Origin: Macrostomum lignano
Lineage: Eukaryota
Reading direction: 5' to 3'
Length of the DNA stretch: 64,000 nt
NCBI GenBank assembly: GCA_002269645.1
Contig: NIVC01000797.1
Coordinates: 378,722 to 442,721, forward strand
Shown here piece after piece: positions 56,030 to 64,000 of this stretch (positions are counted from its first letter, which is position 1; the number at the start of each line of letters is the position of its first letter). The position numbers and the translations under genes were made by a program. The notes under the pieces were generated by a model that saw only the letters and a list, made by a program, of their open reading frames with translations, did not search any database and was not told the origin of the DNA.

Positions 56030-56720
56030 TGTCTCTCTCTGAATCTCTCTCAGTCTCTCTCTGAATCTCTCTCAGTCTCTCTCTGAATCTCTCTCAGTCT
56101 CTCTCTGAATCTCTCTCAGTCTCTCTCTGAATCTCTCTCAGTCTCTCTCTGAATCTCTCTCAGTCTCTCTCTGAATCTCTCTCAGTCTCTCTCTGAATCT
56201 CTCTCAGTCTCTCTCTGAATCTCTCTCAGTCTCTCTCTGAATCTCTCTCAGTCTCTCTGAATCTCTCTCAGTCTCTCTCTGAATCTCTCAGTCTCTCTCT
56301 GAATCTCTCTCAGTCTCTCTCGGAATCTCTCTCAGTCTCTCTCCACATTTTTCTCAGTCTCTCTCCACATCTCTCCCGGTCTCTCTCCACATCTCTCTCA
56401 GTCTCTCTCCACATCTCTCTCAGTCTCTCTCCACATTTTTCTCAGTCTCTCTCCACATCTCTCCCGGTCTCTCTCCACATCTCTCTCAGTCTCTCTCCAC
56501 ATCTCTCTCAGTCTCTCTCCACATTTCTCTCAGTCTCTCTCCACATCTCTCCCGGTCTCTCTCCACATCTCTCTCAGTCTCTCTCCACATTTCTCTCAGT
56601 ATCTCTCCACATCTCTCTCAGTCTCTCTCCACATCTCTCCCAGTCTCTCTCCACATCTCTCTCAGTCTCTCTCTACATCTCTCCCAGTCTCTCTTCACAT
56701 TTCCCAGTCACCCTCCACAT
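56030..56720. repeat. 22-nt minisatellite (CTCTCTCAGTCTCTCTCTGAAT, switching to ...CCACAT)
   Basis: Unit variant switches at about 56340. Confidence 0.9.
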
Positions 56721-57154
56721 CTGTCCACATCCGTAAGCAAATAGTCTTAGATAATTGGGATGCAAATTTTCTGAAAGCCGAAAATACCACAGCTTTGAGA
56801 CCCCCGCTGTGCATCCAACATAAAATTGAGCTATCCATTAAAAATTGTTAGCCAAACAATTTTTATGATCGGGCAGCTGGGGCTTGCTCAAAGTGTGGTC
56901 GGTTTGCTTGTTTCTTTGTCTATTATTGTTTTTAAATAAATTGCTTTGATTTACTTAATCGGCTTCTGTCTTGCTTTTTTTCTTAGTGTTTTTAGCCAAC
57001 ACCTGCATATTTGAAATTGCTATAGCCTACTGCAGTTTGAGAATTTGGGTAGAACTGCACCTTTTTAGGGTGAGAAACAGCTACATACAACACAGCGCTC
57101 AGTGAGTACAGCTCAAGATGGTTAGTGTGTCAAAGGTGGTCATCTGGCCCCCTC

Positions 57155-57380
57155 TGACACTCTGACCCTCTGACCCCTCTGACCCATCTGACCCTCTGAC
57201 CCACTCTGACCCTCTGCCCCTCTGACCCCTCTGACCCCTCTGACCCCTCCGACCCTTTTAACCCTTCTGACCACTCTGACTCCTCTGACCACTCTGGCCC
57301 ATCTGACCCTCTGACCCTCCGACCCTTTTAACCCTTCTGACCACTCTGACCCCTCCGACCCCTCTGACCCTCTTGGTCTG
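57155..57380. repeat. 8-9-nt tandem (CTCTGACCC)n
   Basis: Visible. Confidence 0.85.
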
Positions 57381-57399
57381 ACACTTTGGCATCCCTCTC

Positions 57400-59642
57400 A
57401 ACTAGAAAATGACACTCTTGCAAGTAGACAATGGCATCCCTTGCAAGTAGACAATGGCATCCCTTCCAATTTAGACTATGGCATCCCTTGCAATTAGACA
57501 ATGGCATCCCTTGCAATTAGACAATGGCATACCCTTACAATTAGACAATGGCATACCCTTACAATTAGACAATGGCATCCCTTCCAATTTAGACTATGGC
57601 ATACCCTTACAATTAGACAATGGCATACCCTTGCAATTAGACAATGGCATCCCTTGCACGTAGACAATGGCATCCCTTGCACGTAGACAATGGCATCCCT
57701 TGCACGTAGACAATGGCATACCCTTGCACGTAGACAATGGCATCCCTTGCACGTAGACAATGGCATCCCTTGCACGTAGACAATGGCATACCCTTGCAAG
57801 TAGACAATGGCATCCCTTGCAATTAGACAATGGCATCCCTTGCAATTAGACAATGGCATCCCTTCCAATTTAGACAATGGCATACCCTTGCAATTAGACA
57901 ATGGCATACCCTTGCAAGTAGACAATGGCATACCCTTGCAATTAGACAATGGCATCCCTTGCAATTAGACAATGGCATACCCTTGCAATTAGACAATGGC
58001 ATACCCTTGCAATTAGACAATGGCATACCCTTGCAATTAGACAATGGCATACCCTTGCAATTAGACAATGGCATACCCTTGCAAGTAGACAATGGCATCC
58101 CTTGCACGTAGACAATGGCATCCCTTGCACGTAGACAATGGCATCCCTTGCACGTAGACAATGGCATCCCTTGCACGTAGACAATGGCATACCCTTGCAC
58201 GTAGACAATGGCATCCCTTGCACGTAGACAATGGCATCCCTTGCACGTAGACAATGGCATACCCTTGCAAGTAGACAATGGCATCCCTTGCAAGTAGACA
58301 ATGGCATCCCTTGCAATTAGACAATGGCATCCCTTCCAATTTAGACTATGGCATCCCTTCCAATTTAGACAATGGCATACCCTTGCAATTAGACAATGGC
58401 ATACCCTTGCAAGTAGACAATGGCATACCCTTGCAATTAGACAATGGCATCCCTTGCAATTAGACAATGGCATACCCTTGCAATTAGACAATGGCATACC
58501 CTTGCAAGTAGACAATGGCATACCCTTGCAATTAGACAATGGCATACCCTTGCAAGTAGACAATGGCATACCCTTGCAAGTAGACAATGGCATCCCTTGC
58601 AAGTAGACAATGGCATACCCTTGCAAGTAGACAATGGCATACCCTTGCAAGTAGACAATGGCATACCCTTGCAATTAGACAATGGCATACCCTTGCAATT
58701 AGACAATGGCATCCCTTGCAATTAGACAATGGCATCCCTTGCAAGTAGACAATGGCATACCCTTGCAATTAGACAATGGCATACCCTTGCAATTAGACAA
58801 TGACATACCCTTGCAATTAGACAATGGCATACCCTTGCAATTAGACAATGGCATACCCTTGCAAGTAGCCAATGGCATACCCTTGCAAGTAGACAATGGC
58901 ATACCCTTGCAATTAGACAATGGCATACCCTTGCAATTAGACAATGGCATACCCTTGCAAGTAGACAATGGCATCCCTTGCAAGTAGACAATGGCATACC
59001 CTTGCAATTAGACAATGGCATACCCTTGCAAGTAGACAATGGCATCCCTTGCAAGTAGACAATGGCATACCCTTGCAAGTAGACAATGGCATACCCTTGC
59101 AAGTAGACAATGGCATACCCTTGCAAGTAGACAATGGCATCCCTTCCAATTTAGACAATGGCATCCCTTGCAGGTAGACAATGGCATACCCTTGCAATTA
59201 GACAATGGCATACCCTTGCAATTAGACAATGGCATACCCTTGCAAGTAGACAATGGCATCCCTTGCAGTTAGGTAATGGCATCCCTTGCAATTAGACAAT
59301 GGCATACCCTTGCAAGTAGACAATGGCATACCCTTGCAAGTAGACAATGGCATACCCTTGCAAGTAGACAATGGCATCCCTTGCAGGTAGACAATGGCAT
59401 ACCCTTGCAAGTAGACAATGGCATCCCTTGCAAGTAGACAATGGCATACCCTTGCAATTAGACAATGGCATCCCTTGCAATTAGACAATGGCATACCCTT
59501 GCAAGTAGACAATGGCATCCCTTGCAGGTAGACAATGGCATACCCTTGCAATTAGACAATGGCATACCCTTGCAATTAGACAATGGCATACCCTTGCAAG
59601 TAGACAATGGCATCCCTTGCAGTTAGGTAATGGCATCCCTAA
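57400..59642. repeat. 23/24-nt satellite of about 2.2 kb (about 95 copies)
   Basis: Unit TAGACAATGGCAT(A)CCCTTGCAA(G/T); explains all ORFs from 57328 to 59551. Confidence 0.95.
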
Positions 59643-60479
59643 CACACAGCCAGGTGATCTGGGTGACAGCTGGCAAGGTCTGTAGCTGAGCGATGAGTCA
59701 GTGGCTGAGGCCAGTGAGCAGAGAATTCCAACTGGAATTGAACTCGCAGCGCACACACACAGCTAGGCAGAAGGTATTCCTAAACTCAATCTGGAGCAGG
59801 TGCTCATTAATTAATCAGCTTACTGGGCTTTCAATTCTTCTCCTTAGTCTGCTCAGTCCTGCCACTAAGAACTCCCTTTGACATGCGGCCAACGAAACTA
59901 GTAATTGAACTTCAATAACTAAATTCTGTAAAAAATTGCGCAAGCCAAACAATGCATATGATTTAAAACTGTAAGGATCAAAGCTGGTATTCTCAATTCA
60001 CTCTACGCTTGCGTCTTGGGAATGGAATTGGGGATAATACTGTTCTATAAGCCTCTCTTTATTAGTGGCGGACACTAGCTCCCAATCTGATGTTTTATTC
60101 ATGCAGCCTGGGCCTCCTGCAACAATATACAGTAGCATATACATGCCCCTAATGCAGTATGTAGAATAGCCACCACGACGGCGCACGGCATATCTGGTCG
60201 GCTTGTCACTCGTCGCATTGTTAGGCAATAGCGCGCGTGGGTAACGGGGACGCAGTGCCGGCAGAAGTCTTGCCGATCTGCAGCTTTTATTGTTGTTAAG
60301 GCCCTGTTTTAATACAATATAATCCTGTGTGGCGGCGACGGCCGTGGGCGGTGATTTGTGAGCATTGGTCTTGGGTGGATTCATTTTCGCCTCTTTAACT
60401 GCTTTTTCATGACTTTGTGTGCTTTTGCTCTCTTCTCTTATATCTTTATTTAGCTACCCTGTTCTCCCCCACTCTTGCC

Positions 60480-61510
60480 TGAACCCTCTTCTTCTGTCTG
60501 CCCTCTCTCCGTCCCTTCTTTCCCCTCTCCGTCCCTTCTTTTCCCCTCTCCGTCCCTTCTTTTCCCCCTCTCCGTCCCTTCTTTTCCCCTCTCCGTCCCT
60601 TCTTTTCCCCTCTCCGTCCCTTCTTTTCCCCTCTCCGTCCCTTCTTTTCCCCGCTCCGTCCCTTCTTTTCCCCCTCTCAGTCCCTTCTTTTCCCCCTCTC
60701 CGTTCCTACCTTCCACCTCTCTGTACCTTCTCCCCCTCTCCGTCCCTTCTTTTCCCCCTCTCCGTACCTTCGCCCCCTCTCCGTCCCTTCTTTTCCCCTC
60801 TCCGTACCTTCGCCCCTCTCCGTCCCTTCTTTTCCCCTCTCCGTCCCTTCTTTTCCCCTCTCCGTCCCTTCTTTTCCCCTCTCAGTCCCTTCTTTTCCCC
60901 CTCTCCGTTCCTACCTTCCACCTCTCTGTACCTTCTCCCCTCTCCGTCCCTTCTTTTCCCCTCTCCGTACCTTCGCCCCCTCTCCGTCCCTTCTTTTCCC
61001 CCTCTTCGTACCTTCGCCCCCTCTCCGTCCCTTCTTTTCCCCCTCTCCGTACCTTCGCCCCCTCTCCGTCCCTTCTTTTCCCCTCTCCGTACCTTCGCCC
61101 CTCTCCGTCCCTTCTTTCCCCCTCTCCGTCCCTTCTTTTCCCCCTCTCCGTCCCTTCTTTTCCCCCTCTCCGTCCCTTCTTTTCCCCCTCTCCGTCCCTT
61201 CTTTTCCCCCTCCCGTACCTTCATTTCCCCCTCTCCGTCCCTTCTTTTCCCCCTCTCCGTCCCTTCTTTTCCCCCTCTCCGTCCCTTCTTTCCCCTCTCC
61301 GTCCCTTCTTTTCCCCCTCTCCGTCCCTTCTTTTCCCCCTCTCCGTCCCTTCATCCCCCCTCTCCGTTATTCTCCCCCTCTCCGTCCCTTCTTCTCCCCT
61401 CTCCGTCCCTTTCTTTCCCCCTTCTCTGTCCCTTCTTCTCCCCTCTCTGTACCTTCTTCTCCCCTTTTTGTACCTTATTTTCCCCTCTCTCCGTCCCTTC
61501 CCCTGCCTTA
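60480..61510. repeat. Pyrimidine-rich tandem of about 21-23 nt (CCCTCTCCGTCCCTTCTTTTC)n
   Basis: Visible. Confidence 0.95.
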
Positions 61511-61984
61511 CACATTCCACATCCTGTCTCACGGTCCATCCCCGCTTCTCCCCATCCTCACCTTTCTGTTGATTAGCGCCCCTTCGGTGCATCGGTAAAT
61601 CTCTATTTTTCCACTTCCAATTTGCCTGTTTTTCCTGTTATATTCAGTATTTTTATACTCGGGACAATCATCTCAAACGATATAATGCTTCTGAATTGGC
61701 CACCTACTGCGCCTATTACAGTCTACGTAATTGCCACGGCCAATATTGCCGATTCGGCAAGCTATTGAAGATTAGCCAAGAAAGGTTTGAAAAACATCTT
61801 TGAGGAGTTTTATGATGAATTGCTCCACCCCAATCTACCGTACCCAGAATGTGTCAGTGTTTATGTAAATGGTTTTATCTAAAACAAAGTTAAATTTGTC
61901 GCCACTACTTCAAGTAGGAGGTTATGATGAACACAAATATTTGACTGAGTTTTTTAACTGCATGGTGAGTAATTACTATTGGTC

Positions 61985-62275
61985 TGACAGGTGATATTTC
62001 TATCTAACAGGTGATATTTCTATCTAACAGGTGACACTATCCTGTCTAACAGGTGACACTATCCTGTCTAACAGGTGACACTATCCTGTCTAACAGGTGA
62101 CACTAAACCTGTCTAACAGGTGACACAATCCTGTCTAACACGTGACACAATCCTGTCTAACAGGTGACACAATCCTGTCTAACACGTGACACAATCCTGT
62201 CTAACAGGTGACACAATCCTGTCTAACACGTGACACAATCCTGTCTAACAGGTGACACTAAAACTGTCTATCAAG
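61985..62275. repeat. 22-nt tandem (CTAACAGGTGACACTATCCTGT)n
   Basis: Visible; starts about 20 nt after GTGAGT at 61965. Confidence 0.9.
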
Positions 62276-62566
62276 GAGCACAACATATACCGCTATTTTC
62301 CATTAATAAAGAGATGTCACGAAGCCAATCTGCAGTTCTAAGCCAACGCAGCCATCATAGTCTCCTTGCCTTCATCTTCGGAGCAATAAATTAACAACAC
62401 CGGAAATGCTACACAGGTGTAAGGCGAAGAACAGGCTGTGAAATTTCAAACAAATCAGTTTTTAACCAGATTTAAATTAGTCTGTATATAGATGCAAGCA
62501 CAAGTGAGAATTCAAGTCAAGTGATCTAATTCGAACAACAGTTTATTTCAAAATAAGCTTGTTGAA

Positions 62567-63153
62567 ATGCCAACTCAAATTTTAGCAGCTGTTTTGCTAA
62601 TTACAGTTACAGGAATTTGCCGGCCAACCCTCGCTGATCCAGTCGAGTCGCAGCCAGTGCTCACCTATGAGACAGTGTGCGAGCCACTCAGCTACAATGG
62701 TTTGTACCTGAGACACCAGCTTGAGCTGCCCATCACATTGAACATGACTTCAACGTCGGATTTCACCCTGATCGACATCGACACCAAAGTGGACAGCGCG
62801 CTGATGGCGTTGCATCATCACAAGATGCGCATCACTGTGCAGCCGGCATTTCAACGCAACTAGCGCTCTGGTCTTCATCTGTCCGACATTCTACCGGTGC
62901 CAGCAGTTGAAAGAATCTGTGGCCAGCAACCCGGAAACTGTGTGGCGCTCCATCCAGTTCAGCTTCAGCGCACAAATTGATAATAAAATTGTTCGTTATA
63001 AAAATCTTCGCACGGTCAATCTGCCGTCCATCGCGTGCGACCCGGGCCAGTGGGTGGTCTTCCAACGACGCGTTGATGACAGCCTGTCGTTTGCGCAGGA
63101 CTGGGACGCCTACGTGAACGGGTTCGGTTCGCCCGGCTCCAACTACTGGATGG
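62567..63153 (+). pseudogene. Secreted fibrinogen-related-domain (FReD) protein, first exon, with a +1 frameshift at about 62804
   Basis: Signal peptide MPTQILAAVLLITVTG. After a one-base shift it reads WRCIITRCASLCSRH...C...C, then the FBG-domain start WVVFQRRVDDSLSFAQDWDAYVNGFGSPGSNYWMG; donor G|GTGAG at 63154. Remaining exons lie beyond the window. The frameshift could be a sequencing error. Confidence 0.75.
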
Positions 63154-63175
63154 GTGAGCTCTTGTAAGGCCAGAC

Positions 63176-64000
63176 CACAGATACTCAAATAGCTAGATGG
63201 GTCATTCATCAGTGACATAGACTTTGTAAAATTGCTTTCTACTTAAAAAAAACTCAAAACACAAAGCAGGGGGTGCCTGCTTGTCAGGGCCGCGTGTGAC
63301 ACTCCGTTGAAGGTCCCGAAGGTCGTCCAGACAGAGCTGAATGCTGAACATGGTGCAGGACCATTGAATATAATATGCAGACATGCCTGGTTTGGTGCCT
63401 TGATAGAAAAATCACGATGTTGGCGGTGTCAGCTCATCGGGGCCGCGTGGTGGCACTCCGTTGAAGGTCCCGAAGGTCGCCTGTATGTCTACAGTTCAGC
63501 CTAGAGGGTTGCCATCGTCCATTTCATTCACCGATTGTGTCTACTGACTGAATGCTGCATGCAGAAGAGGATTCTTCCATTTCAGTTTTGGGAACGCAGC
63601 CGTCTGTGAGATACCGATCGGGTGCTTTTGTTGAAGGTCCCGACGGTCGCCGCGATGCTCCAGACGGTGATGAAGGTGACCCTGGTGCCTGGGATGCTGA
63701 GAGCAAAAGTCCCTGCGACTGATATGCATAGTTTGTTGAGCCGACCTGGTTTCATGATGAGGTTTTGTGAGCAGAAAAATTTGGCCAATGTTGGTGGTTT
63801 TGCCACAGACACCCCCCGAGGAGAATCGCTGAATATCTCGACGATGCCAATTTTTTGTGATTCTCGAAGTTGCTTCATCAAATAGAGCGGAAAATTTTAG
63901 CCGTGTTCAGGATTTTCATGGCAATTGGTTGAATATTTTTGGAGATACAGACAAAGGAAAATGTGTGTATTTAAAATACACCTCCATTGTCTTTCTACTG
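63176..64000. mobile_element. One end of a CACAGAT-terminal (P-like) DNA transposon inserted in the FReD intron
   Basis: CACAGATACTCAAATAGCTAGATGGGTCATTCA resembles the TIR of 14217-14674 and is preceded by GGCCAGAC (63168-63175). The other end is not in the window, so the extent is uncertain. Confidence 0.55.

Noticed and set aside
57328-59756. CRISPR-like array or repeat-protein ORFs
   Set aside because: Contiguous 23/24-nt monomers with no unique spacers, no cas genes and a eukaryotic context.
60100-60420. Class-A GPCR remnant (LVALLGNS...SLADL)
   Set aside because: At least four in-frame stops in about 100 codons and no further GPCR motifs; could be chance.

Overview
AT-rich animal genomic DNA with GT-AG introns and many intronic tandem repeats. 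The style suggests a free-living flatworm such as Macrostomum, but that is an inference. Four intact conserved genes were reconstructed exon by exon: an E78-type (NR1E) nuclear receptor (+, 8204-12665), a Rab8-family GTPase (+, 26756-30338), a klumpfuss-like C2H2 zinc-finger gene (-, 33436-38274) and tryptophan 2,3-dioxygenase (-, 45129-53122). A spliced PH-domain-like gene (-, about 19776-20403) is not evident from the ORF track alone. Also present are three frameshifted C-type lectin copies (one with a PAN/apple-like N-terminus), a frameshifted fibrinogen-related gene, and an orphan ORF with a RelE/ParE-like pattern (17388-17837). Mobile DNA comprises a truncated Ty3/gypsy element (3' LTR, PPT, integrase), two LINE 3' fragments, a tRNA-derived SINE, several MITEs with readable TIRs and TSDs, and a CACAGAT-terminal, probably P-like family, one end of which sits on GGCCAGAC. 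About 25 micro- and minisatellites explain most long ORFs in the track. The most interesting leads are the RelE-like orphan, the P-like family, an AGGTCA-containing satellite next to the nuclear receptor, and splice acceptors placed directly before several start codons. All assignments come from reading the sequence by eye; no searches were run.
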